From an uncultured Spirochaetota bacterium (GTDB lineage Bacteria; Spirochaetota; Spirochaetia; SZUA-6; Fen-1364), in assembly GCA_963845535.1 (NCBI GenBank), contig CAWJSK010000018.1, positions 96,001-160,000 of the forward strand: a stretch of 64,000 nt of DNA, in the 5' to 3' direction. Position numbers and translations under genes: made by a program. Each line of letters opens with the position of its first letter. Within the stretch, counting starts at the first letter, position 1. The notes below the pieces were generated by a model, which saw only the letters and a program-made list of their open reading frames with translations, was not told where the DNA came from and searched no databases. Shown piece by piece: positions 30,518 to 39,735 of this stretch.

Positions 30518-31494
30518 TTCCCGAAGTCCTTGCGCCACTGGGTCCCCGTGCGCTCCATCTCGGTTTCCGCCGCGGTCCTGCGCAGCCTGTGAAGCTGCGG
30601 CATCCCAAGCGCCCATTCCTGCATCCAGTCGCGGGCAAAGATGCCCTTTTCCGTCTCATCGAAAATCTGCCGCACCGCCTGTTCGTTGATGACGCGCGGG
30701 CCGCGCGTCCTGACCGCGAACTCGCACGTGCGGCTGCTGCGGGTGGTCAGGTAGCTTTCGATGCCGTTTTCGTCCATGACGTCCATGACGCTGCGCAGGG
30801 AGCGCACCGCCTTCGCGTACGCGAAGCTCGGGGCGTAGCCGTTTTCCACCATGATCTGAAAGCACAACCTCATGAGCTGGATGGCCCCGCCGTAGAGGAT
30901 CTGCTCCTCGAAGTTGTCCCCCTCTGTCTCGTGCTGGAAGGAAAGCTCCACCACGCCGGCTCGCGTGGACCCCACGGCCTTTGCGATTGCCAGAACGATC
31001 TGCCGCGCATCTCCCGTGGCGTCATGCTCGACGCTGACGCACCCATAGACGCCCTCTCCCTTCTTGTACTTTTCCCGAACGAAAGCGCCGGGGGCGTTGG
31101 GAACGAAGAGCACCGTGTTGACATCCCGGGGCGGGCGGATGGCGCCATAGAGGACGTTGAACCCATGGCAGAAGCACAGCGTCTGGCCCGCGCGCAAAGA
31201 GGGGGCAATATCGGCCGCGTAGAGTGCGGGCTGGGCGGGGTCGGCGAGCTCGATGAGCAGGACATCCGCCTTTTTCGTTGCCTCCGCAATGCTCAAGGCG
31301 GCAAAGCCATCAGCCTGGGCCTGGCCGCGGGAGGCGCTCTGCTCAGGCGGCCGGGTCCCGACAACGACGGTGCACCCGCTGTCCCTGGCGTTTGCAGCCT
31401 GCACTTTGCCCTGGATGCCGTAGCCGATCACGGCAATGGTCTTGTCTTTCAGGATGCCGAGGTCAACGTCGGCGTCACGGTAGATTTTCTCCAT
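30514..31494 (-). CDS. Divergent ketol-acid reductoisomerase (IlvC)-like NAD(P)-dependent oxidoreductase of unknown substrate
   Basis: KTIAVIGYGIQG, HGFN and ETEGDNFEEQ match a short-chain KARI fold, but several active-site motifs are altered (see findings). Confidence 0.85.
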   Translation of the reverse strand: MEKIYRDADVDLGILKDKTIAVIGYGIQGKVQAANARDSGCTVVVGTRPPEQSASRGQAQADGFAALSIAEATKKADVLLIELADPAQPALYAADIAPSLRAGQTLCFCHGFNVLYGAIRPPRDVNTVLFVPNAPGAFVREKYKKGEGVYGCVSVEHDATGDARQIVLAIAKAVGSTRAGVVELSFQHETEGDNFEEQILYGGAIQLMRLCFQIMVENGYAPSFAYAKAVRSLRSVMDVMDENGIESYLTTRSSRTCEFAVRTRGPRVINEQAVRQIFDETEKGIFARDWMQEWALGMPQLHRLRRTAAETEMERTGTQWRKDFGK

Positions 31495-31504
31495 GGGGCC
31501 CCCT

Positions 31505-32260
31505 TTACAATGGAATCTCTCTGTTGACGTTCTTGTAATAAATGTAACGGGAAGGCTGCGGACCTGTTGCGTAGTAGCTCTGCGGACAGAAGGGGCCCAT
31601 CCATATGAAGTCAGTGGCCTCCACTTCCATCCACGACTCGCCCAGGAAATACACGCCCTTGCCCCGCAGTATGTACAGGCCGTGCTCCATCACGTGCGTT
31701 TCCGTCACGGGAAGGCTGTGGCCGGTGTCAAAGGTGAAGATGTTCATGGCCATGTCGAACGAGAGGTCGTTGGGAAGCAGCTCCTGAAGGCGGGCACCCG
31801 GGTCACCGTAGTAGATGGAGGCGGGGACGTCAGCCTGGTTTCCCACCAGGCTTGCGCATGGCGGGGAGACGCCCGCGGCCTCTTCGTAGCGCTTGCGAAG
31901 GAGAAGGAGACGCGTCTCTTCCGTTGCCTCGGCGAGGAAGCTGCTTTTCGATGAGACGAACGCGTACCCGCCTTCGCCCAGGAGGTGATCTCGGCCTTCG
32001 ACCTTCACAGTCAGGCTGCCGGAGAGGACGTAGAAGAAGAACTCGATCCTTCCATCCGCGGCATGGGCTCCTGAGCCGCCCGCAGGCAGCTCCAGCATGT
32101 ACTCGGCAAATCCGGCGCCCAACGCCGGTCCGGCGAGCACGCGGACCTGGGCTTGCGGCCACTCGGGGAGACGGGAGAACGGTATGCCCTCCAAGGGAAG
32201 AACGGCGTAGCGGGGAGTCACTCGGGTGCGGCTGCCGAGAAGCTGGTCCTGGGCTCTCAT
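31505..32260 (-). CDS. allE: (S)-ureidoglycine aminohydrolase (bicupin)
   Basis: FDMAMNIF, ETHVMEHGLY, DFIWMGPFCPQ and YIYYKNVNR signature motifs. Confidence 0.93.
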   Translation of the reverse strand: MRAQDQLLGSRTRVTPRYAVLPLEGIPFSRLPEWPQAQVRVLAGPALGAGFAEYMLELPAGGSGAHAADGRIEFFFYVLSGSLTVKVEGRDHLLGEGGYAFVSSKSSFLAEATEETRLLLLRKRYEEAAGVSPPCASLVGNQADVPASIYYGDPGARLQELLPNDLSFDMAMNIFTFDTGHSLPVTETHVMEHGLYILRGKGVYFLGESWMEVEATDFIWMGPFCPQSYYATGPQPSRYIYYKNVNREIPL

Positions 32261-32404
32261 CGGTTCCTAATATAATCAAACAAACGCGGGGCGCGGGCGT
32301 GGGAGGCGCGCGGCGCCGCCGGCATGGCCGCGCACATCGGGATGGGGTATACTCTTGGCGTGGCTCCGTGGAATGGACCGTGGCGCTCACGGTGTGGAGG
32401 GGCA

Positions 32405-33148
32405 ATGAAAAAGGCGATAGTGATAATGGTCCTGCTGCTGCCAATCCAGGCCGTCTTTGCGGACGACATCTTCAGCTTTGCTGAGCACGGAACTCCGGCG
32501 CAGGTGCGCGCCGCCCTTACCGCGGGAGGGGACGCCAATCAGAAGGACAAGAAAGGGTGGACCCCGCTCATGCACGCGGCATGGCTCACCATGGACCCTG
32601 ATGTCATCTCCACCCTGCTCGCCGCAGGCGCCCGGGTGGACGCGGCGGATGGCAAAGGCCAGACCGCGCTTCTCCTTGCCGCCCGGTCGAACGCGCGCGA
32701 GCAAGTCGTGTTGGCTCTCCTGGCCGCCGGGGCGAAGGTGAACGCACCGTCACGGGAAGGGGAAACGCCGCTCATGGCCGCGGCCGCGCACAACTCCAAC
32801 CCCCGGGTCGCCCAGGCGCTTCTTTCCCACGGGGCGGAGGTGAACGCCCGCAACTCCGACGGCATGACGCCTCTCATGCTTGCCGCCATGCTGAATGGAG
32901 AGCGGCACATGATCCAGACGCTGGTTCACGGCGGCGCCCGGGTGAATGAACGCGGACCCGGCGGAAAGACCGCTCTCATGTATGCGGTCCAATTCACTAT
33001 GAACCCCGAGGTCATCTCCGCTCTCCTGGTGGCGGGCGCGGATCGGAACCTGAAATCGGACGCCGGGCTTACCGCGTGGGACTACTCCAAGGCCAATCCC
33101 AATCTTGCGGGCACCTCCGTGCCGCTCGTCTTGAGGCCGGGGAAATAG
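32405..33148 (+). CDS. Secreted ankyrin-repeat protein
   Basis: Signal peptide MKKAIVIMVLLLPIQAVFA; about 6 repeats of G.TPLM.AA...LL.AGA.VN; GGAGG RBS. Confidence 0.9.
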   Translation: MKKAIVIMVLLLPIQAVFADDIFSFAEHGTPAQVRAALTAGGDANQKDKKGWTPLMHAAWLTMDPDVISTLLAAGARVDAADGKGQTALLLAARSNAREQVVLALLAAGAKVNAPSREGETPLMAAAAHNSNPRVAQALLSHGAEVNARNSDGMTPLMLAAMLNGERHMIQTLVHGGARVNERGPGGKTALMYAVQFTMNPEVISALLVAGADRNLKSDAGLTAWDYSKANPNLAGTSVPLVLRPGK

Positions 33149-33200
33149 AGCCCCTGACCGCCCGGGCGGGGAGGCCTGCGCGCCTGGAGATCAGGCCCGG

Positions 33201-34016
33201 TCATTCTTCCGGCGCGGTCTGAGAGCGGTGGACCTCGGTCCGGTTTCTCCCGTTGTTTTTGGCGGCGTACAGGGCGATGTCCGCATTGCGCACGAGCTGA
33301 TCCGCTCCCATGCCTTGCCCCAGCTCCGCGACGCCGAGGCTGATGGTGACGTGCGGCAGGTCCTTCACGAAATCCCCCTGAACGGATTCCCGCAGACGCT
33401 CAGCAACGCCGTGCGCTGTCTGCGTGTCGGTCCCCGGAAGGGCCATGACGAACTCATCCCCGCCCATGCGTCCGATGAAGTCATAAAGGCGAAGGTTCTC
33501 TTCCAGGCGGGCGTAGATCTCCTTCAATACCCTGTCACCGACCTGGTGGCCGTAGTCATCATTGATTCTTTTGAAGAAATCGATGTCGATGAACACCACG
33601 CACAGTGCGCTTGCCAGACGGCTGCACCTGTCAACTTCGCTCTCCAGGCGTGAGGCGAATATCCGCCGGTTGGGAGCTCCTGTCAGCTCGTCCACTGTTG
33701 CAAAGTGTTCCAGGCTTTTCTGGCGCTCACGCGTCGAGGCAAGAACGCAGGCGGCCGCAAGGGAGGCGCCTGCCGACGTGAGGGCTGCCGCCAGCAGCCA
33801 GCCCAGGAAGAACGCCAGGCGCACGGCTCCGAGGACGACACAATTGACGGCCAGGCCGAGAAGCCCGGCGAGCACGAAGGTTCCCGCGGCGAACGTCAGG
33901 AAGAATACGCCAGGACTGAGAAGGCTCAGCTTTTCCCACCCCGGGAGACTTCGGGGCCGTTTCGGGAGGCGCTTGTTTTTCAATTTCTTTTTTGACTCGC
34001 CATCAGCGATTTCCAT
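33201..34016 (-). CDS. Membrane-bound diguanylate cyclase (start uncertain)
   Basis: Hydrophobic N-terminal segments, DELTGAPNRR, DIDFFK.IND.YGH, RLYD I-site and GGDEF. Confidence 0.88.
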   Translation of the reverse strand: MEIADGESKKKLKNKRLPKRPRSLPGWEKLSLLSPGVFFLTFAAGTFVLAGLLGLAVNCVVLGAVRLAFFLGWLLAAALTSAGASLAAACVLASTRERQKSLEHFATVDELTGAPNRRIFASRLESEVDRCSRLASALCVVFIDIDFFKRINDDYGHQVGDRVLKEIYARLEENLRLYDFIGRMGGDEFVMALPGTDTQTAHGVAERLRESVQGDFVKDLPHVTISLGVAELGQGMGADQLVRNADIALYAAKNNGRNRTEVHRSQTAPEE

Positions 34017-34195
34017 TTCCTCGAATTGTAGGGTATTCCCCCCCCTCATCTCACATACATCATGGTGACATTTTCCTCCCGCATGCGCCAGGGGCGCCCG
34101 GCCCACCCGTGGTTCGCCTTTCCCGGGCACCTTGACAGCGTCATGCGCCGACCATACTGTTGCCTTCAATCCAACCGCGAGGAGAGGGCGAACCC

Positions 34196-35179
34196 ATGGC
34201 CATCACTGTGGAGAAGGTCGTCACCAGGAAGCAAACGCGGGAGTTCATCAGGTTCCCCTACACGCTGTACAAGAACGATACGAACTGGGTTCCGCCGCTT
34301 CTCATGGATGACTACCGCAAGATCAACCGCGCAAAGAACCCGTTCTACCAGCACGCGGAAGCGGAGTTCTTCCTTGCCCGCAAGGATGGGAAAGCCGCTG
34401 GTCGCATCGCGGCCATCCATGACTCCATCTGGGAAAAGACCCACCACGAAAAAGCAGCGTACTGGGGATGGTTCGAGTGCGTCGAAGACCCCGCGGTAGC
34501 GAAGGCGCTCTTCGATGCAGCTTTTGCGTGGGCGCGCGCGCGAGGGTGTCTCCGCATCATCGGCCCTATGTCCCCCAATGCAAATGACTATATCGGCTGC
34601 CAGGTGGATGGTTTCGAGGGATCTCCTGTCCTCCTCATGGAAGCCAAGGGCGGCTTTGCGCTTCGCACGCTCAACATGAAGGAGTTCAAGAAAGAGATCG
34701 AGCGCTTCAACGAGCTGTACAACCAGTTCGAGCAGGTGAATGCCGTTTTCACTCCCATGACCCATGCGGAGCTCGAACTGATGGCCAATGACCTGAAAAT
34801 CGCGGTGGACCCGGAGCTGATCTTTTTTGCGGACGTGGACGGGAAGCCCGTGGGTGTTTCCCTGACGTTGCCGGACTTCAACGTAGGGTTCAAGGCAGCC
34901 CACGGCAGGCTTCTTCCTTTCGGGATATTCCATCTGCTCACCGCCAAAAAGAGGACAAAGATGGTCCGTACCATCAGCATGGGCGTGCTCAAGGACTACA
35001 GGAACCGCGGAATCGACCTTGCCTTCTACTACCACACCTACAAGAACGGTGTGCGTCACGGCTACCGGGCAGGGGAGATGTCCTGGGTGGAAGAGGACAA
35101 CGTGAACATGACCAATACCGCCGTGAAGATCGGCGGGAAGCCCTATCGGAAATACCGCGTGTACGAGTACAAGCTTTAG
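34196..35179 (+). CDS. GNAT-family N-acetyltransferase (YghO-like double GNAT), apparently lacking an internal segment
   Basis: WVPPL, AGRIAAI, GWFEC, IIGPMS, LPDFN, GVLKDYRNRG, EMSWVEEDN and YRVY motifs. Confidence 0.8.
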   Translation: MAITVEKVVTRKQTREFIRFPYTLYKNDTNWVPPLLMDDYRKINRAKNPFYQHAEAEFFLARKDGKAAGRIAAIHDSIWEKTHHEKAAYWGWFECVEDPAVAKALFDAAFAWARARGCLRIIGPMSPNANDYIGCQVDGFEGSPVLLMEAKGGFALRTLNMKEFKKEIERFNELYNQFEQVNAVFTPMTHAELELMANDLKIAVDPELIFFADVDGKPVGVSLTLPDFNVGFKAAHGRLLPFGIFHLLTAKKRTKMVRTISMGVLKDYRNRGIDLAFYYHTYKNGVRHGYRAGEMSWVEEDNVNMTNTAVKIGGKPYRKYRVYEYKL

Positions 35180-35194
35180 AAGGCGCGCTTACAA

Positions 35195-36790
35195 ATGAAC
35201 GGAAGTCTCCTTCTTCGTAACGGCGTGTTCCGCACCATGGAGCCGCGCGCGCCCCTGGCCTCCGCGGTGGCAATCCGTGACGGCAGGTTTCTCCACGTGG
35301 GGGAAGAGGCGGGCGCGCGCGCCGCGCTTGCCGGCGCCGACGCCGTGCAGGAGCTGGACCTCGGCGGCAGGTGCGTCCTGCCCGGCCTGACCGACAGCCA
35401 CCTCCACTTCATGTGGTATGCCCAATCCCTGCACGGCGTTGATGTGGAGACGGCAACGCTGGCGGAGGCGCTGGAGCGGGTGCGCGCACGTGCCCGGGAG
35501 GCGGCTCCGGGGACGTGGATCACCGGCTCGGGCTGGAACCACAACGTGTGGGCAAACGCTGCTTTTCCCGACAAGCTTTCCCTGGACCAGGCCGCGCCCC
35601 GCAATCCTGTTGTGCTGGAAGCGAAAAACGGTCATGCGCTCTGGGTGAGCTCCGCGGCCCTGGAGAGAGCGGGGATCGGACTGGACACCGCAGATCCGCC
35701 GGGCGGCAAGATCGTGCACGGCGGGGACGGCATACCCTCCGGGGTCCTGTTGGACAACGCCATGCGGCTCGTGCAGGCCGTGGTCCCCCGGCCTTCCGTT
35801 TCCGAGCTGGCGCACATGATGCGTCGGGCGCAGACCGAGGCGCACCGCCTGGGCCTCACGGGCATCCATGACTTCGACCGGACGCTCGCCTTCGAAGCGT
35901 TTCAGGAGCTGCACGGCGCGGGCCAGCTCTCCCTTCGCGTGGTCAAGGGGATCCCCCACGAGGTGCTGGGGCAGGCAATCGAGCTCGGCCTCCGTTCGGG
36001 TTTTGGAGACGACATGCTGAGACTGGGCGCCGTCAAGATGTTCGCGGACGGCGCCCTGGGGTCCCAGACCGCCTGGATGCTCGCGCCGTACGAGGGCACA
36101 TGGGCCACGGGGATCCCCATCATGAGTGAAGAGGAGCTGTTCGAGGACATCCTTCGCGCCAATCAGGCCGGACTTGCGTGCGCCGTGCATGCCATTGGAG
36201 ATGCCGCGTGCCACGTTGTTTTGAACGCATATGAGCGCGCCGCAGCGTCTCTGGCTGGCGGTCCACGCCTCAGAAACCGGGTCGAGCACGCGCAGCTTCT
36301 CCACCGGGATGACGTCTCACGCTTTGCCCGGCTTTCCGTCATTGCCTCCATGCAGCCCCTCCATGCCACCTCGGACATGCTGATTGCCGAGCGCTATTGG
36401 GGAACACGGTGCGAAACCGCGTACGCATGGAAGTCCTTGCTGGAAAGCGGCGCCCGGCTCGCCTTCGGATCAGATTGTCCCGTGGAGATCCCTGACCCGC
36501 TTGTGGGAATCCACGCCGCGGTCACTCGGCGCAGGGGGGACGGGAGCCCCGGCCCCGAAGGCTGGCGGCCCGCCCAACGGCTCACCGTGGAAACGGCCGT
36601 CTACGGCTACACGCTGGGCGCGGCGTACGCGGCTGGACGGGAAGGGGAGCTGGGCTCCATTGTCAAAGGCAAGCTTGCAGATCTCACCATTATCGACAGG
36701 GACATTTTTGAAATCCCTTCGCACGACATCCTGAAGACAGTCGTGGACGCGACCATGGTCGGCGGAGAGCTCGTCTACCGGGATTTCTAG
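35195..36790 (+). CDS. Amidohydrolase (YtcJ/Amidohydro_3 family)
   Basis: [44 protein letters not shown] and GKLADL motifs. Confidence 0.92.
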   Translation: MNGSLLLRNGVFRTMEPRAPLASAVAIRDGRFLHVGEEAGARAALAGADAVQELDLGGRCVLPGLTDSHLHFMWYAQSLHGVDVETATLAEALERVRARAREAAPGTWITGSGWNHNVWANAAFPDKLSLDQAAPRNPVVLEAKNGHALWVSSAALERAGIGLDTADPPGGKIVHGGDGIPSGVLLDNAMRLVQAVVPRPSVSELAHMMRRAQTEAHRLGLTGIHDFDRTLAFEAFQELHGAGQLSLRVVKGIPHEVLGQAIELGLRSGFGDDMLRLGAVKMFADGALGSQTAWMLAPYEGTWATGIPIMSEEELFEDILRANQAGLACAVHAIGDAACHVVLNAYERAAASLAGGPRLRNRVEHAQLLHRDDVSRFARLSVIASMQPLHATSDMLIAERYWGTRCETAYAWKSLLESGARLAFGSDCPVEIPDPLVGIHAAVTRRRGDGSPGPEGWRPAQRLTVETAVYGYTLGAAYAAGREGELGSIVKGKLADLTIIDRDIFEIPSHDILKTVVDATMVGGELVYRDF

Positions 36791-38877
36791 GGAACATCGC
36801 GCAGCCGCGGTTGAACAACCGCAAGCGGAAGCTCTTCCAGGCCGTTTGTCTCCGTCTTGAACTGTGACACCAGGCGCTGGAGCTCGCGCGCCATGTGGGA
36901 AAGCTCCTCAGTGGCCCCCGACATCTCCTCCGCGGATGAGGCAGACGCCTGCGTCAGCTCGTTGACGTGCTCCACCGCCTTGGATACCTGGCGCGAGTTG
37001 GCGGTCTGCTCCTCGGTGGCAGCCGAGATGCCCGCGCTCATCTGGTTGATCTTCTCCAACGCCTTGGCAAGCTCTCGTATGGCGGCCACCTGGCGCGACA
37101 TGCTCCCCGACAGCTCCCCGATCATGCGCTGCACCTTCTGCGAGCTGTCTCGTATCTGCTCCATGGCCCCCGCCGAACCGTTGGCGATGGCCACCCCCTG
37201 GGTCACGTTCTTCACGCTCTCCCTGATCAGGCTCTCGATCTCCTTGGTGGAAGCCGAGGAGCGGTCCGCCAGCTTGCTCACCTCCTGCGCCACCACGGCA
37301 AACCCCCGCCCGTGCTCCCCCGCTCGGGCGGCCTCGATGGAGGCGTTGAGGGCCAGCAGGTTGGTCTGGTCGGCGATGTCGGAGATCACCTCCACGATCC
37401 CGCCGATCTTCTGCGAGCTTTCGGCGATCCGCGTGATGCCCTCCACCACCTGGTTGACCGCTGCCGCCCCCTCCTGGGACTTCTCCACCGACTGGTTGGC
37501 CAGCACCGATATCTCTCCCAGGCTGTGGGAGACCTCCTCGATGGACTTCTGCACGTTGGCCATGGAGGTGGTCCCCTGCGTCACCGCGGTGACCTGCGTC
37601 TGGGCGTGCTCGCTGACCTGGTCCACGCTGGCTGTCAGCTCCTCCACGGAAGCCGAGGTCTCTTCCAGCGTGGAGGCCTGGCTCTGCGCGCTCTCCGCCA
37701 GAGACTGCGCGCCTGAGGAGATCTCCTGGCTGGCGGAGGCGACCCGGTTCGCGCTCTGCTGGACCGCGACCAGCATGTCCCTGAGCTTCCCCGACATTCC
37801 GTTGAGCGCGCCGGCGAGCCTCCCCACCTCGTCCCGGCGAAGGACTTTCAGCTCTTGCGCAAGGTCTCCGTCGGCAATGAGCTGCGCGTAGTTCACCGCC
37901 CGCGTGATGGGCTTGGAAATCGAACGAGCGAAAAGAAGGAACAGGAGAGAGGCAATCACGATTGTTGCCGCTCCCACAAGGGCCACGAGGTTCTGCACGT
38001 CATGCGCGGCAGCGTTGAACTCAGAGTCAGGGATGACCATGGCTACTTTCCATCCCGTTGATTGAACAGTCGCGAACCCAGCCGTGAACGGCACGCCCTG
38101 GTACGTGAAAGAGGCCTCCCCGTTCTCTCCTACCGCCATCTTTTTCCCCAGCTCCGCGAGCCCCGGCGTCTCGAGCAGCTTCTGCTTGAGGATGTTCTCC
38201 CTTTTCGGATGGGCAATGACGAGGCCTGCCTTGTCGGAGACAAAAACGTATCCGTGGCTGCCGACGCGCTCTCCCATGACCAGCTCGTCCAGAAAGTTGA
38301 TGCTCAATATCAGCATGGCAGCCCCCACCACGCCTTTCTCCGACCTGATAGGCGCGGCGATAGGCGTCACGGGATTTCCCGAGACCTTGCTGATGACCGC
38401 GGCGCCCACATTCCTCTCCCCGGCAAGCGCCTTCTGGATATAGGCACGGTCAGCGAGGTTCGTTCCGAGCCGGGCCGGGTCGGAGCTGGCGAATACGATG
38501 CCGTCCAGCCCCGCAATACTGACAGCCTCATACGCGCCGCCGAGGTCCTTGTCCTGGCGGAACGGGGCAAGCATTTGCGTTGCCAGCCGGATGGCATCAG
38601 CGGCTTTCCCGGTCCCCTTTTCATGCACGGCGGTGGCAGCGGCAATGACGTCCCGATTGTAAGAAACGCCAAGAACTACCTTGGATTCCTCGGAGAACAT
38701 CCGGTCGATCAGGCGCGCGATCTCGGCGGTTCGCGCCGTCAGCTGTTCGCTGCTCAACGCATGCAATCCGGAGGCCGCCGTGGTGACTGCCATGAAAGAG
38801 ATGGTTGCAAGCGGCACCGCAAGGAGGATGATCCCCATGAGGATGAGCTTCACATCAAGACGCACGTTCTTCAGCAT
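36787..38877 (-). CDS. Methyl-accepting chemotaxis protein (TM-dCache-TM-HAMP-MA)
   Basis: DRAYIQKAL and IAHP (Cache), DEVGRLA (HAMP), [30 protein letters not shown]. Confidence 0.95.
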   Translation of the reverse strand: MLKNVRLDVKLILMGIILLAVPLATISFMAVTTAASGLHALSSEQLTARTAEIARLIDRMFSEESKVVLGVSYNRDVIAAATAVHEKGTGKAADAIRLATQMLAPFRQDKDLGGAYEAVSIAGLDGIVFASSDPARLGTNLADRAYIQKALAGERNVGAAVISKVSGNPVTPIAAPIRSEKGVVGAAMLILSINFLDELVMGERVGSHGYVFVSDKAGLVIAHPKRENILKQKLLETPGLAELGKKMAVGENGEASFTYQGVPFTAGFATVQSTGWKVAMVIPDSEFNAAAHDVQNLVALVGAATIVIASLLFLLFARSISKPITRAVNYAQLIADGDLAQELKVLRRDEVGRLAGALNGMSGKLRDMLVAVQQSANRVASASQEISSGAQSLAESAQSQASTLEETSASVEELTASVDQVSEHAQTQVTAVTQGTTSMANVQKSIEEVSHSLGEISVLANQSVEKSQEGAAAVNQVVEGITRIAESSQKIGGIVEVISDIADQTNLLALNASIEAARAGEHGRGFAVVAQEVSKLADRSSASTKEIESLIRESVKNVTQGVAIANGSAGAMEQIRDSSQKVQRMIGELSGSMSRQVAAIRELAKALEKINQMSAGISAATEEQTANSRQVSKAVEHVNELTQASASSAEEMSGATEELSHMARELQRLVSQFKTETNGLEELPLAVVQPRLRDVP

Positions 38878-38997
38878 TTCAGCACTTCCTGGGTGGGCCT
38901 GGTTGGACTTTGGATTTGACTCACTGTATACGAGATGTCCAATGTCCACAAGGAAAATCTTTGCCCTGGCCGCCTTCACCGTGCTACAGTCCAGGGA

Positions 38998-39633
38998 ATG
39001 TCCGTTGCCGGCCAGATCGTCTCGATTTTCCTCGCGGTTTTCATTGTCGTGGACCCCTTCGGTGTGGTCCCTGTCTTCATAGCCCTCACCGGGGACTTCC
39101 CGGCTCGAAAGCGGCGCCTTACAATCCGGCGTGCGGTCCTGATTGCCTTTGCCGTGCTGTGTCTTTTCATCTTCACGGGAAACTTCATCCTGAAGTTTCT
39201 CGGCATCCAGCCGGGCTCCTTTTTCATTGCAGGGGGGATCCTTCTGTTCATCGTGTCCATCGACCTGCTGCTGGGCAGGCCGGGGAGGACCAAGACCTCG
39301 GGGGAGGAGCACGGCGAAGAGAGAGAAGACGTCTCCATTTTTCCGCTTGCCATTCCCATGCTTGCCGGACCCGGCACCATTACGACGATCCTCTTGTACG
39401 TGAGCGAGGACAAGGCACCGGGGTTCATCCTGCCCGTCCTTGTGGCGAGCGTGATCCTTGCGCTCCTCATTGCCGGCGTGACCATGCGCCTCAGCTCGTT
39501 CTTCCTGCGCGTGCTCGGCAGGACGGGGGTCTCCGTGATCGAGCGGATCATGGGGATCATCCTGACCGGGCTTTCCGTGCAGTTCGTCTACGACGGGCTT
39601 CTCAAGCTCGGCGTGCTCGTTTCTCCGTCATGA
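38998..39633 (+). CDS. MarC family membrane protein
   Basis: [28 protein letters not shown] and RIMGIIL motifs. Confidence 0.93.
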   Translation: MSVAGQIVSIFLAVFIVVDPFGVVPVFIALTGDFPARKRRLTIRRAVLIAFAVLCLFIFTGNFILKFLGIQPGSFFIAGGILLFIVSIDLLLGRPGRTKTSGEEHGEEREDVSIFPLAIPMLAGPGTITTILLYVSEDKAPGFILPVLVASVILALLIAGVTMRLSSFFLRVLGRTGVSVIERIMGIILTGLSVQFVYDGLLKLGVLVSPS

Positions 39634-39735
39634 CGTGACAGGAAATTCGAGCATGTCCTTTCGTTGCGCGCGGGAGTGGCGGTGTGATAGCATGGCGTAA
39701 AGTTCAAGAATACTGCCACGTGACGGAAGCGACGC

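Noticed and set aside
30514..31494. Annotating this gene as ordinary ilvC
   Set aside because: Two of the four conserved acidic active-site residues and the conserved Lys are substituted, and the context is purine catabolism.
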